From Ranitomeya imitator (taxonomy: Eukaryota), in assembly GCF_032444005.1 (NCBI RefSeq), contig NC_091286.1, forward strand, positions 690,990,001-691,054,000: a stretch of 64,000 nucleotides of DNA. Reading direction: 5' to 3'. The position numbers and the translations under genes were made by a program. Positions 24,972-37,144 of the stretch are shown here, one piece after another. A model generated the notes under the pieces. It made no database searches. It was not told where the DNA came from and was given only the letters and a program-made list of their open reading frames with translations. Within the stretch, counting starts at the first letter, position 1. Each line of letters starts with the position of its first letter.

Positions 24972-27900
24972 TAATTGGTATCGCCGAGTCAGGAACAAAC
25001 CGCTCTATAAAACTGGAATGCTATTTATTCAGTATGATAAAAGCTGTACAAAAAGTAAATAAAAAACAGGCCAAAAATGTAAATTTTTCATCATAGTAAC
25101 TCACAAACAAGTGAATAAAAAGCGATCAAAAAGTTGTATGTAAAAAAAAACGGTACAAATGAAAATGACAAATTGTCCCACTGAAAACAGAGCTCCAACA
25201 TGGCCAAACTACAGCTCTAAAAATATGACGATCCAAAAACAAAATCATTTTTATAAAATACTGTTTTTAGTGTTTAACAATAGAAATGAATAAGAAAAAA
25301 AATATAAAAATATAAATCTGGCATCACACTGTAATCGTACCAACACGATAAACAAATAGGTCTCAACACTTTTACCGCACGGTGAACAGCACAAAATATG
25401 AAATTAAAAACAATTACTGAATTGATTGCTTTTGTTCTTCCTGTGTTTGAAAAATTTTAATCGAAAGCGATCAAAAAATATTATGTTCCAAAAAATCTGC
25501 AACTCGTCTTGTAAAAAATAAGCCTTCATACAGCTCTGTTTGTCAAAAAAATAAAAAAGTTACACCTCTCAGAATATGGTGATGAAAAAAACTACTTTTT
25601 ATAGAAAAGTTTTTGCTTTGCGATAGCAGCAAAACCTAAAAAAAAGATGTAGATCAGAGCCGCTTCAGGACATGAGCATGTGACCTTCGGCGTCCAATGA
25701 GAGGCCGTCCCTTGGGCAGCATGCTCAGTTGACAAAAAGCAGGACTTAGTTCCTGGAGCGCCTGCTCACCACTGATTAATGCTGGTTAAAATAGTTGAAC
25801 CTGAGACGGCAGCAGTAACCAGCCACACAGCATCGGCTTGAGCAAGATGCTGGGACCGACCTCTCTGCTGAGCAGGCTCCTCTGCGGCTGGGGATGAATG
25901 GGAGATTGCAGAGGACATGGTTTGAGATTAAGAAAAGAAACTTACACTATGTAACACCTCTCTGACCTAAACATACCCCACCCCCTTATAAAATACATCC
26001 CCCAGTTCATCATATAGCACCACAATCCTAGACAAAGTAATTAGTGAAATGCGATGAATTATCAAACTGTGACCGAGTTTTGCAGAGAAAAAATTTACTA
26101 GAAGTCGAACACGAATCCAAATGTGGTATGTTCTTGCTGAATTTGAGATTGGCGAACTTTTTTCTGAACAAGTTCGCTCATCCCTTTTTATAAGTCTTAG
26201 GAGAACTGGAACATGTGTATGAGACACACCTTGAATTAGAAGGATCTTAGTCCATCTTACATCACATTTTTGACAGTTCTTGCTTCCTTCATAAGTGACA
26301 TTGAAATTTCCAATTTTTTACTAAAAATTTCAATTTTGATTTATTTCAATTATTATTATTATTTTTTTTAAATCTTCTTAAACATTTTCCTTATATAAAA
26401 GTCACTTTACAGGAAAAAAATGTTTCCTAACACTTTTTTTCATGTAAACTCCAATTTCTTGTCGATTTTGAATGTTTTATTGTCAGTCCTTAAAGTGGAG
26501 TAAAGGTGTTACACCATTGTTCTCAGCAGTCTGAGAGTCGGAGATGCTTCCAGGGGTCTTCTCCATGCTGTTCTCCTTCCGTTAAGCACTTTTTCCATCC
26601 ATTTCAAACTTCCAGATGTCCTTGTAGGGTCTGCTGGAAAAATGCTTGGATTTCCCATTGACTCTCATTATACTTGTTACGTGAATCAAGCATTTGAGCA
26701 GTAGGAATTGCTTGGTTCGAGTAACGAGTATCAGAGCATTCGAGTGTTTGCTCATCTCTAGTTGTTAGCTGTACAATTTAGTGTTGTGTTTTACAGGCCT
26801 TGCTGCAGAAAACAGAGACCAAAACTCTTTATCAGGCCTACATCTCTTCTGCTCAATACCACTGTTAGTTGTACTATTTAGTGTAGGGCTAGCTATTGAA
26901 GAAGGGCTAGTAGAACATTACAGGCTAGGGGCATAATAACTGATAGGCACGTCCAAATGTCAACTGAAAATGCTGACAAGCTGAATCTTATGGAAATGAA
27001 CAAGGCCTGGATTGGCCCAGACATTTCAAGCCCACTGAATGACTAAAAACTAAAATGTTCCTTTTTTTCTGGTGTATTCCTATGCAACCATTACCACCCA
27101 ATCAATTTTGCATGGTTTTTGTTTCTAATTTTTCTTGTCCTCCTCCTGCTTTACCATATGTACAGGGGGATGATCTGACCCTCGCTTTTAATTTTTCCTA
27201 GGTGGGTATGATGCTCTACTACACAATTTTTTTCAGGATATGTATAAGGCCAACCTCTAAAAAATTTTTATATACATATACAGTATGTATATCTCCCGGG
27301 GGTAAATGTTTTTTAGTCCATGCATATAGTGCATATGCTTTACCAGTCTTGGAGTCCCACTCCTTAATAATGGGAAAGAAATGTTTTCTGAGTCCCTCCT
27401 ATATGTGACTTGCATGCTTCAAATTTTAACTTGGCCTTGCACTAATTGCATAGGCTTTACCAGTCTAGGAGTACCACTCTTTTTTTAATGTTGACAAAAT
27501 TCTGAGGCCCTCCTCTACTTGTCTTCCAAGGTGTATTGGAGACCCGCCTTCATATTTTTGGCAGCCTTTGCGCTTAGTGCATGGGCTTTTTGATTCTAGG
27601 AGTCCCACTACCTAACAATTTCAAAATAAGTGTATGAGCCCCTCCTTTTTGTCTAATACAGGATGTAATAGAGTCCCTCATCCTTCAGCAATCAACATTG
27701 TTCCCAGGTATGTGCATTAGAGGTGGTTAACCTCTGTGATGTGAGTCCTGGAGAGAAGGCTCCAGCAACATTAGATTGCTGTGAAGATTTTTTTTAGTGG
27801 AACTGGATTTTCGGGTCCAAGTTTAGGGAGCGACCAGTCGTGGGAAAGTGGGAGAATAATGTTTAAAAAATAAACATTGAACAAATTTACATTTTTGCAT

Positions 27901-28017
27901 ACATTTTTTAATGGTACAGTTTGGCGACTGTGTAAGGTGCTAGCAGGTACACAGGATGCAGTGATGAGCAGGAGGCAGAGCAAGAGTTAACGGGTTCTTT
28001 ATATATAGTTAACACAG

Positions 28018-28924
28018 TGTTAGGGCTGGCGGAACGCACCGAATAAATAAAAAGATAGTAATAAGGTGTGTTCGCAGCCCGTGGTCCACCATGTAGAGAT
28101 GGAACCTGCTGCTAGGTAATGGCGGCGCTATATGGCGGTCCTACACCAGAATAAACACAGGTTCCGTCACCCGGTATGAACTGATGAACTCTGTTGTGTC
28201 ACAGAGACGCAGAGAAACAAAGGAAATGCTGTGCTCTGTTAGCAGTCACAGGGTGCAGCAGATGGACGATAGTGTGATCCCTGAAATTCACCCCCACTAC
28301 GCTGGTGATTGATCTCGCTCTGACCCTCGGTGACTTTTGAGCCTACGCCTGAGGACGCCCTGAGTCAGATGCTGAGATCAAAGCGGGAATTCCCACCCTA
28401 CACTGACCAGTAGCGTTAATGTAGCTGAGAAGCCATTATTAGGCACTGACTGCTTGCTCCACTCACCCTAATACCCAGACAACAGCCAAAGGGATGGGGA
28501 TCATTTAGGAGCATTCACCAGTATCAATCTCTCAGCACACACATACATAGTCAGGTCTATACTAGCGCATGGCCAAGCAGCCATGCTAGTCACAGCCTTC
28601 CAGGACCTTCCTGTTGGTCCAATCAGAGATGCTACAGGACCTGGGCATGTGACCTCCGACCTCCAATGAGAGGTCGCCCCACAGGCATGCTCAGAAGACA
28701 AAAAGCAGGACTTAGTCCCTGGAAGATCTGCTCGCTGCTGATCAGTGCTGGTTACAAAGGCTGAACCTGGGACTGAACCAGTAACCAGACGCACAGTATC
28801 AGCCAGACGCTGGGACCGACGTTTCTGCTGAGCAGACTCCACTGCGGCTGGGGAAGAATGGGAGACTGCAGAGGACATGGTGCGAGATTCCCCCTGTGCA
28901 GCGGCGGGAACTCGACACCTAACA
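28018..28924. mobile_element. Solo LTR (907 bp)
   Basis: TGTTAGG...CCTAACA inverted termini and 5-bp TSD CACAG (28013-28017, 28925-28929). A diverged fragment of the same LTR lies at ~25650-25920. Confidence 0.88.
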
Positions 28925-29592
28925 CACAGCAGTAATAATCCACGCAGGCAGTATGGGGGTGAAGGATGGAGTTAATACAAAGTGTTAACGGTAACAGGGT
29001 ATTAACAGAGGGTCAAATAACAAGTTAACTTATCAGTCTCTGGTTCCTGGATGATGGAGGCTGGAAAATCCCATGATGGTGCCATAGGTGAAGTCTTTGA
29101 GTCAGTCCTGAAGATAAATTAAGCACTGTTTCTGCATGGCGGTTAAGCATCCTGGCCTTTCTACACATTGTCTCTTGGTCCTGGAAAGGGGTGTTGCCCG
29201 CAAGCAAGTCTGAAGCACCGCAGGTGATGCACGAAGTCCCGAAGTGAAGGCTGCATTCTCACAGCTACAATTAGCAGGCACCGTAGGATCAATACTGCAT
29301 GGCATGTCTGAAGTTGTCAGTGGTACAGACCAGTTAGTACTGTTGAGGTCAGAGGATAGTGTGGAAATGTCTCCTTGTGGTACACAGTCTAACTAAGCAT
29401 GGGCCGTAATCAAATCGCACTGCCCTGTCAGTTGGCGTCGGTCTGCGGAGATGGAGTCAACCTTCTCTTGTAGCACACACTGAGTCCTCGCCCCAAAGCC
29501 CCGTTCCCACGCGCTCAGTCACTTTTATCTCAGATCCACCCCCAACAGTCAGGTGCAAAGTTCTGCTCTGATCAGAAAGTCTCCCATGGTAA

Positions 29593-30896
29593 TGTGACGC
29601 CCAGGAGACCGGGGTACTCAGCACTGGACCAATGGGGTCTGTCTCTTAAGGGGGATGTCACGGGTGGCTTGACCCGGTGCTGTGGCCTCAGGCAATGCAC
29701 AGTGTAAGGGTATCGTGAGGGAACAGGCACTTACTCGATCAGCAGCATGTTCTCCCAGCGGTGATGATCCCGATCCTGGATAGATGGCTATTGTCCAAAT
29801 AAAAGACTGAGGCACTGAAACATTTAACCAGTTTACTTCAACATAAAGGGATTTACAACCAGTCCTGACACTGGAGTCTGTATGGGACTCTGAGTTACTT
29901 TGACCCTGCCGGGGTCTTCGCCTCTTATTGTACGCAGTTTCTGTGTGGCCCTGCTGCTGTATGTGAACTGGCTGCCGGCCCAATCTGTCCCCTCCGGGCC
30001 CTGGTTCGACGGGCAACCCGAGTCCTTTTATCGGCTTACCCCCTCCGGGAGTACCGCTGAACTCTGTGTCTGTTGCTGCGTCCGGCCCTAGTGAAGCTGA
30101 TATCACCTCACGTTTTTCCGGTTGCTGTATTATATATAATGAATACAGCCGCGGATCCGGTATCCATCTTTGCGCCTGTTCTGGGTAGTGATTAATGCTA
30201 CCCGGTTCTCACAATGTCCTTTTTCTCTGTCCCTCTTCTCCTCAGGCCGGTGATATGGGCCTGGAAACCGTCATAGGGCTGTTAGAAATTCAGCTGTATG
30301 ACCTCTCACTTTCAGCTCCTTAGCCCAACTGCCAGTTCTTTACTCAGACCAGAATGGATCAAGGGGAGTCTCTGGAGCTCCCCCTTCTGGCCGGAGGTGG
30401 TAGTGCAGTCTTGATATTTTAGTCCAGGAAAGCAGAAAAATATGCGGCACTCACCCAGAAGAAGCTGTATTAACGTGCTCTTTATTGGAACAAGAATGTA
30501 CATACATCCATTAGGACATCAGGTGGAGTGGAGGGTGCGGTGATGGAGGCTGGACTGTCCAGCCTCCATCACCGCACCCTCCGCTCCACCTGATGTCCTA
30601 ATGGATGTATGTACATTCTTGTTCCAATAAAGAGCACGTTAATACAGCTTCTTCTGGGTGAGTGCCGCATATTTTTCTGCTTTCCTGGACTATATATCTT
30701 TTTGCCTTTTATGCAGAGCACCAATATACCCATAGCTTACGTGACGCCTAGTTGTCAGAAGTTGTGAAGTCCATAGACTGTGTGGTGTTGTACTCTTGTG
30801 CCATCCAAGTGCTTCTCTTTTTCGTGCTTGATATTTTCGTATTTGTATTTAGTGTCAGTAACTATTTTTGTGGCAAATACCCCTAGGGGTGCCACA
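29593..30896 (-). repeat. 3' LTR (887 bp plus a 417-bp insertion)
   Basis: Collinear with 35914-36801 apart from the insert at 30421-30837. Confidence 0.95.
30421..30837. mobile_element. Fold-back insertion, probably a truncated Penelope pLTR end
   Basis: TSD CTTGATATTTT (30410-30420, 30827-30837); absent from the other LTR; 136-bp inverted arms; AATAAA followed by GGTGAGT. The Penelope assignment is an inference. Confidence 0.75.
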
Positions 30897-30906
30897 TTCC
30901 CCCTTA
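30897..30906 (-). other. Polypurine tract
   Basis: TAAGGGGGAA immediately before the 3' LTR on the minus strand. Confidence 0.85.
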
Positions 30907-31323
30907 GTTAAGAACAGTACTCCGGGACTGTGGGACGATAACATTTTGAAATAACAATTAATATGTACAGAGTCTTAAAAATGAAAAGTTACAAAAACCA
31001 CTCAAAGAAACAATAATAGAGTTCTGTAAAAAGTCACTTCAAATAGCGTCCATTAATACAGTCCTATCCTTGAAGGTACTAGGAAAGGCACTGCACTTTG
31101 TGTCCAGGAATTTAGTTCAATTTTTCAAACGGAGTTATCAATATAAAGTCTAAAGAAAGTTCAAAAAGAGCAAAAAGCAAAGTTCAAAAAGCAGACTTTC
31201 CAGAGTTTTGATTTAGCGCCTCCGGGCTAATAAAAAGTTCAAGAATAAGCAAGAAGTTCATACAGACAAGTCTCTGTAGGTACTGGGCTTAAACGTTGCA
31301 GAATGATAACAATGACTATAGTT

Positions 31324-34155
31324 TTATAGTTGGTAATCCACATACCTGGCCGGTAATTGACCCTGGGTACTACGCTGTGATCTACGTAATAGCGGTGTCT
31401 CTTCATGTGGTGTACTACTGTCTACTGTGGATGTAGTATCTGCCCGCTCTGCTAAAGATAATTCCACGACTATGGAGTTGGCAAGTCCACCGTGAATGGG
31501 ATTACTCTGATCAGGAATCTGTTCTTCCTGGCCTGGAACCTCCTGTAGTACGGGGTCAGCCTCTTCCTGTCTTGGGACTTCTGGTATTGGGTTCGGTGTT
31601 GGGTAAAAGGCCACCATGGGAACCACTACTGCACCATGGTATGTTAGTAGGGTTTTGGGAAAGTCTCCTATACAGGTGTGATACATTTCCTCTTCTTTTT
31701 CCTTTACTGGTTGAACCTGTATGGGTTGAATAACTTCTGGTTCTGGCTGGACAACTTCTGGCTCTTTCAGTGCTTCCGGACATAATTTAAGATTGTCTCT
31801 TGACACTAGTACAGATGTTAAGCCTCCGTTTTTGCTAATGAGACACATTTTAGGATTATCCATTCTTGTTGGTAAAACTGTGTAGGGTACGGCTTCCCAC
31901 TGATTGTCTAGTTTATTGGTTCGCCGATTTCTCTTGAGCACTTGGTCACCCGGTCTTAATGGGGTCGCTAGAGCATTCTGGTTGAAAGTTCGCTCTTGTC
32001 TTTCTCTAGTTTGCTGAAGGCTTTTTTCCACACTCTCTTGCACTTGGCGATACTGCTTTTGCCGTATGATATCCCAATTGGAGTCTTGGACTTCTGCGTC
32101 TGGTTTCAGAATTCCCATTTCTAGATCGATTGGTAATTGGCCGGGTCTTGCACGCATAAGGTAAGCTGGGGTGCAATTGGTGGAACTCACCGGGACATGA
32201 TTATATAGATCCACCAAGTCAGGCAATTTCTCTGGCCATTGATTCCTTTCTGCCTCAGGTAAAGTCTTTAGTAGTTCTATTACAATATGGTTCATCTTCT
32301 CGCATAAGCCGTTTGTTTGTGGATGATAGGCCGCCGTCCGGATCTTTTTGCAACCATACATATTACAGAATTCTCTGAAGATCTCTGTTTCAAAGGCTGT
32401 ACCTTGGTCGGTGAGAACCTGTTCCGGATATCCATGGGGTCTACAAAAGTACGTTTGGAACGCTTTGGCTGCTGTTTTTGCAGTCAGATCTTTTACGGGT
32501 ACTACTACCAAGAAGCGTGAATAATGGTCCACGAAGGTCAAGGCATAGACATAGCCGGACCGGCTTGGTGTCAACTTCATGTGGTCCATGGCTACAAGTT
32601 CAAGTGGTTGTTTGGTGATTATGGGCTGCAGTGGTGCTCTTTGGTTCTTTTGATCGTTTCTTCTGAGGTTGCACGGGCCACAATTTCTGCACCACTGTTC
32701 GATTGATTTTCTCATCCCGACCCAATAAAATCTTTCTCTTAGAAGTACTTCTAACTTTTTCCAACCGAAGTGACCAGCACCATTATGGTAAGCTTCGAGG
32801 ACCATCTTGACATCTTGTTTAGGCACGATAATCTGCCAAACCAATTCATGTGTTTTCGGATTGGTGTACCTTCTACAGAGCTTCCCTTGATACAGGAACA
32901 TTTTGCCTCTCTCTTTCCAGAGTTGATGCGTCTCTTCTGGGGCATCCTCATCGGGATATGCACTTTGCTCAGTTAACAGTTCCTTCACCAACTTCACAGC
33001 CGGATTGCTGTCTTGGGTGTCAGCCCATCTATGGTGTGCTAACGGATTAAAATTCACCTCTTGTTGTTTCTGATAGGTACTTGACTGATGATGTTTTGCC
33101 TTGGGATGATGGAAGGCTGGTAGTTCAATTTCTTCAAGCTCCCCCGTTTCTTCTTCTACATCTCTCAAGTGTGGCATCCGGGATAGGGCATCGGCATTTC
33201 CATTCCAGCGACCTGCTCGATACTTGATTTTGAAGTTGTAATTAGATAACCGGGCTATCCATCGCTGTTCTAACGCACCTAATTTGGCTGTGTCCAGGTG
33301 GGTCAACGGATTGTTGTCAGTATAGACAATAAATTCTGCAGCAGCCAGATAGTGTTTGAAACGTTCAGTCACAGCCCAAACTACTGCCAGTAGTTCCAAT
33401 TTGAAGGAGCTATAATTTTCTGGATTTCTTTCAGTAGGCCAGAGCTTTCTACTTGCAAAGGCGATGACTTTCTCCCGACCTTCTTGCTTTTGTGACAGCA
33501 CCGCTCCTAGTCCCACATTACTGGCATCAGTGTAGAGGATGAAAGGTTGATGGTAATCTGGGTATGCCAGAACCTCTTCTCCGGTTAGTGCCTTCTTTAG
33601 TTGTTCAAAGGAGTCTTCCCTTTCATCGTTCCACTGAAAAGGAGGGTTTCGGTTTGAAGGTTTCTTCGTCTGCCCTACCAAGGCGTCTTGCAAGGGTGCT
33701 GCCAATTTGGTAAATCCTTTTATAAATCTGCGATAGTAACCCACCAATCCCAGGAATTGCCTCACTTCTTTTGCGTTGGTAGGTCTTGGCCAATCCCTTA
33801 TGGCGCTTATTTTCTCGGGATCCGGTGCTACTCCCTCCGAACTCACGATGTGTCCCAGGTACTGTACCTTTGGCTTGAGAAGGTGACATTTGGATGGCTT
33901 GACTTTCATGCCATACCTGGATAAGGCTTCGAACACTTCTGCCAGGTCTATTAAGTGTTGTTCGTAAGTCTTTGAGTAGACGATCACATCATCTAGGTAC
34001 AGGAGGACGGTCTCGAAGTTCTTGTGTCCGAGGCAGCATTCCATCAGCCGCAGGAAGGTACCAGATGCGTTGCAGAGTCCGAACGGCATGCGATTAAATT
34101 CACATAGACCCATTGGTGTGGTGAATGCCGTCTTTTCCTTATCTCTCTCAGCCAC
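31324..34155 (-). CDS. Gypsy pol (C-terminal RT, RNase H, integrase), 943-aa open frame lacking its N-terminus
   Basis: KTAFTTPMGL.EFNRMPFGL, YLDDVIVYS, FILYTDAS, HNGAGHFG..CRNCGPC, VDHYSRF, TDQG, HPQTNG. Confidence 0.95.
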   Translation of the reverse strand: MAERDKEKTAFTTPMGLCEFNRMPFGLCNASGTFLRLMECCLGHKNFETVLLYLDDVIVYSKTYEQHLIDLAEVFEALSRYGMKVKPSKCHLLKPKVQYLGHIVSSEGVAPDPEKISAIRDWPRPTNAKEVRQFLGLVGYYRRFIKGFTKLAAPLQDALVGQTKKPSNRNPPFQWNDEREDSFEQLKKALTGEEVLAYPDYHQPFILYTDASNVGLGAVLSQKQEGREKVIAFASRKLWPTERNPENYSSFKLELLAVVWAVTERFKHYLAAAEFIVYTDNNPLTHLDTAKLGALEQRWIARLSNYNFKIKYRAGRWNGNADALSRMPHLRDVEEETGELEEIELPAFHHPKAKHHQSSTYQKQQEVNFNPLAHHRWADTQDSNPAVKLVKELLTEQSAYPDEDAPEETHQLWKERGKMFLYQGKLCRRYTNPKTHELVWQIIVPKQDVKMVLEAYHNGAGHFGWKKLEVLLRERFYWVGMRKSIEQWCRNCGPCNLRRNDQKNQRAPLQPIITKQPLELVAMDHMKLTPSRSGYVYALTFVDHYSRFLVVVPVKDLTAKTAAKAFQTYFCRPHGYPEQVLTDQGTAFETEIFREFCNMYGCKKIRTAAYHPQTNGLCEKMNHIVIELLKTLPEAERNQWPEKLPDLVDLYNHVPVSSTNCTPAYLMRARPGQLPIDLEMGILKPDAEVQDSNWDIIRQKQYRQVQESVEKSLQQTRERQERTFNQNALATPLRPGDQVLKRNRRTNKLDNQWEAVPYTVLPTRMDNPKMCLISKNGGLTSVLVSRDNLKLCPEALKEPEVVQPEPEVIQPIQVQPVKEKEEEMYHTCIGDFPKTLLTYHGAVVVPMVAFYPTPNPIPEVPRQEEADPVLQEVPGQEEQIPDQSNPIHGGLANSIVVELSLAERADTTSTVDSSTPHEETPLLRRSQRSTQGQLPARYVDYQL

Positions 34156-34400
34156 AGGGACTTGCCAATACCCGCTTGTTAAGTCCTCACACTGCCGATT
34201 TCTCCACCTGCAACTTCTACCTGTTGCCTTAATATCAATACTTTTATTTCCCTTCGGAGAACTCTCTGCTGGCAGGATTGGGCAGTTTCAGCAATTTGCT
34301 GTGTCCAGCAAAGCATTGAGGGGAATTCCGTCCAGCACGATAGGGATAATGGGTCGTCCTCCGATGTACCTGTCGTGCCAGGGTGTTGGGCCTTGAAAGT

Positions 34401-35441
34401 TCATTCCTGCGAAGCGGCCCGCATTCCCAGGGGATTCCCGTTTAAATCACAATCTCGTGCAAAGTGGCCTGGCTGCTGGCAACGGCGGCAAATGGGCTGT
34501 CCATCCGGTTGGTAGCGGTCGCGGGGTCGTCCTCTCCATGTCGGGTATCTCCGGGGTCTCATCCATGGAACATCCTGTCTACGGTTTGCCAACTCCATCT
34601 TGAGTCCTCTCATCTCCTGCATGGTTTTAGCCATTGAAGCAACAACATCAGTTAAAGAGTCAAGCTTTTGTTGAAGAACCTCATTAGTACTGGGCCCCAG
34701 GGGCTTAGCAATGGCCCCAGACATAGCTGATGTCACTGGCACTCCCTGTTGTTGAGGTGCCTCTGCCATGGGTTGCGCAGGATCCTGATCCCGAGGTGCC
34801 TCTGCCAGCTGGAGACGTATAGCGCTCTCCTTTAATTGGGCAAATGTCAATTCAGGGTTCTTAAAAACAAGCATGTTCACATGCCCCCGGTGAGAAGGGG
34901 TGTAGAGTCCCTCAATAAATTGATCTCTTAGCAGTTTATCCGCTCCGGTGTTAAAAATGGGTTCAGCCAGTGTAAGTGATTTAAGGGCTTCCTGCAGGTT
35001 TAAGGCAAAGTCTCTCACGCCCTCATTAACTTTTTGTTTGCAACTAAAGAATCGTATTTTAGCTTTGCTGCTGGCCGTGGTTTCAAATGTAGCTTTTAAT
35101 CCAGCAAATATGCGTTCAACAGTGCCTTTTAGATCAGCTGCCCATACTGTGACTTCTCGCTTAGCATGGCCACTTAACTGCATCATCAGGAGACTAACAC
35201 GCTGAACTTCACCCACGGGGAACATGTCAAAATGGGCCAGCATCTTTTCTCTGAAATTGTCAAGGGTATTAGGCTCACCTTCATACATTGGAAGCCACGG
35301 GCCACCCGGGGTATATGGCATCAGCACCGGCATGATGGGCGCCACTCCTTGCACCGCTGCGCTGCTGGACTCTCTATCGACACTCTGTCTTTCAGCTGCA
35401 TTAGCGTCGCCGGGTGCTGCGACGTCTCCGTGCTGCGACAT
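34401..35441 (-). CDS. Gypsy gag, 346 aa, with C-terminal CCHC zinc knuckle
   Basis: ATG start; QKVNEGVRDF...LRDQFIEGL capsid-like motif; CRRCQQPGHFARDC. Confidence 0.92.
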   Translation of the reverse strand: MSQHGDVAAPGDANAAERQSVDRESSSAAVQGVAPIMPVLMPYTPGGPWLPMYEGEPNTLDNFREKMLAHFDMFPVGEVQRVSLLMMQLSGHAKREVTVWAADLKGTVERIFAGLKATFETTASSKAKIRFFSCKQKVNEGVRDFALNLQEALKSLTLAEPIFNTGADKLLRDQFIEGLYTPSHRGHVNMLVFKNPELTFAQLKESAIRLQLAEAPRDQDPAQPMAEAPQQQGVPVTSAMSGAIAKPLGPSTNEVLQQKLDSLTDVVASMAKTMQEMRGLKMELANRRQDVPWMRPRRYPTWRGRPRDRYQPDGQPICRRCQQPGHFARDCDLNGNPLGMRAASQE

Positions 35442-35893
35442 ACTGTGCCCCCTTAGTTAATCCGGACCCTTCCGGTCCTCCGCTTCCATCGGGATAGTGT
35501 AGATTCGTTCCGCTGAGCAGCAGGATTGGTTTTCCCCTTGCTCTGACGTCAGAGCGCTCAGCTTGGTGCCGCGCACAATGACACGCCCCCTGCTGCTCCC
35601 GCCCGCCGCGCGCTCTGTAATGGCAGATTCTGAAGTTTTTCAGTTAGACTGGGGCTCAGGTAATGGCGTAGCTCAATTAACAGTCTCGCGCCTAACGGTT
35701 ATGAGGTGATTACCTCATGGGATGGCGGCCATCTTTACTCCATTATAACCAATGGGGAAAAGTCACTTTCAATAGTTTTTAATGGGAAATGGAATTTTCT
35801 TTAATCAAGTCAATTTTCACGATTTTTCATCCAAGTTTTCAAAGTTTTGGGCTCCAATCACGGCACACAATACCCGGTATATGGGCTGGCTCT

Positions 35894-35911
35894 ATCCTGT
35901 TCGTGACGCCA
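35894..35911 (-). other. Primer-binding site complementary to a tRNA-Ser(CGA) 3' end
   Basis: The plus strand reads ATCCTGTTCGTGACGCCA, matching from memory the 3' 18 nt of a vertebrate tRNA-Ser-CGA. It lies 2 nt from the 5' LTR. Confidence 0.8.
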
Positions 35912-35913
35912 AT

Positions 35914-36801
35914 TGTGACGCCCAGGAGACCGGGGTACTCAGCACTGGACCAATGGGGTCTGTCTCTTAAGGGGGATGTCACGGGTGGCTTGACCCGGTG
36001 CTGTGGCCTCAGGCAATGCACAGTGTAAGGGTATCGTGAGGGAACAGGCACTTACTCGATCAGCAGCATGTTCTCCCAGCGGTGATGATCCCGATCCTGG
36101 ATAGATGGCTATTGTCCAAATAAAAGACTGAGGCACTGAAACATTTAACCAGTTTACTTCAACATAAAGGGATTTACAACCAGTCCTGACACCGGAGTCT
36201 GTATGGGAACTCTGAGTTACTTTGACCCTGCCGGGGTCTTCGCCTCTTATTGTACGCAGTTTCTGTGTGGCCCTGCTGCTGTATGTGAACTGACTGCCGG
36301 CCCAATCTGTCCCCTCCGGGCCCTGGTTCGACGGGCAACCCGAGTCCTTTTATCGGCTTACCCCCTCCGGGAGTACCGCTGAACTCTGTGTCTGTTGCTG
36401 CGTCCGGCCCTAGTGAAGCTGATATCACCTCACGTTTTTCCGGTTGCTGTATTATATATAATGAATACAGCCGCGGATCCGGTATCCGTCTTTGCGCCTG
36501 TTCTGGGTAGTGATTAATGCTACCCGGTTCTCACAATGTCCTTCTTCTCTGTCCCTCTTCTCCTCAGGCCGGTGATTTGGGCCTGGAAACCGTCATAGGG
36601 CTGTTAGAAATTCAGCTGTATGACCTCTCACTTTCAACTCCTTAGCCCAACTGCCAGTTCTTTACTCAGACCAGAATGGATCAAGGGGAGTCTCTGGAGC
36701 TCCCCCTTCTGGCCGGATGTGGTAGTGCAGTCTTGCTATTTTAGTATTTGTATTTAGTGTCAGTAACTATTTTTGTGGCAAATACCCCTAGGGGTGCCAC
36801 A
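35914..36801 (-). repeat. 5' LTR (888 bp)
   Basis: TGTGACGCCC...GGTGCCACA; only about ten differences from the other LTR by eye. Confidence 0.95.
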
Positions 36802-37144
36802 GTAACAATGGTGATGGCCCTGACACGCAAGAGAGACCACTAGCCCACTCTATCCTCCTGCAACTATGCATCCCACAACTATACTGAGGACTGTTGGCAC
36901 ATTTGGAAGCCTTCATTTTGCCTGGCATTTGTTTCTAGATCATACTTTATTGCAAGGAGTCGAGCAAGACCTCCAAGGGTGCGACTGGAGGAGTGGAAAA
37001 ACAGAAGCAGGCCAGACTGGCAGCAGGAGTCTGTGGCCCAAAATCGACTGACTTCACTGAGCCACCATGGCTCGAAACCAGGTCTCGGCCTTCACTGCTG
37101 GGGTTCCTGCGAGTTGTGTCGGTTACACAGTAAAGAGCCACTAA

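Larger units (their letters stand above)
29593..36801 (-). mobile_element. Ty3/Gypsy LTR retrotransposon, young, internally deleted
   Basis: Two TG...CA LTRs, 4-bp TSD GTAA (29589-29592, 36802-36805), PBS, PPT, gag and pol ORFs. Confidence 0.97.

Noticed and set aside
27300-27620. Three degenerate GCAT..GCTTTACCAGTCTAGGAGTCCCACT units
   Set aside because: Probably an old TE-internal array, but the ends could not be defined.
35894-35911. tRNA-Ser sequence as a tRNA gene
   Set aside because: Only the 3' 18 nt including CCA, next to an LTR: a PBS.
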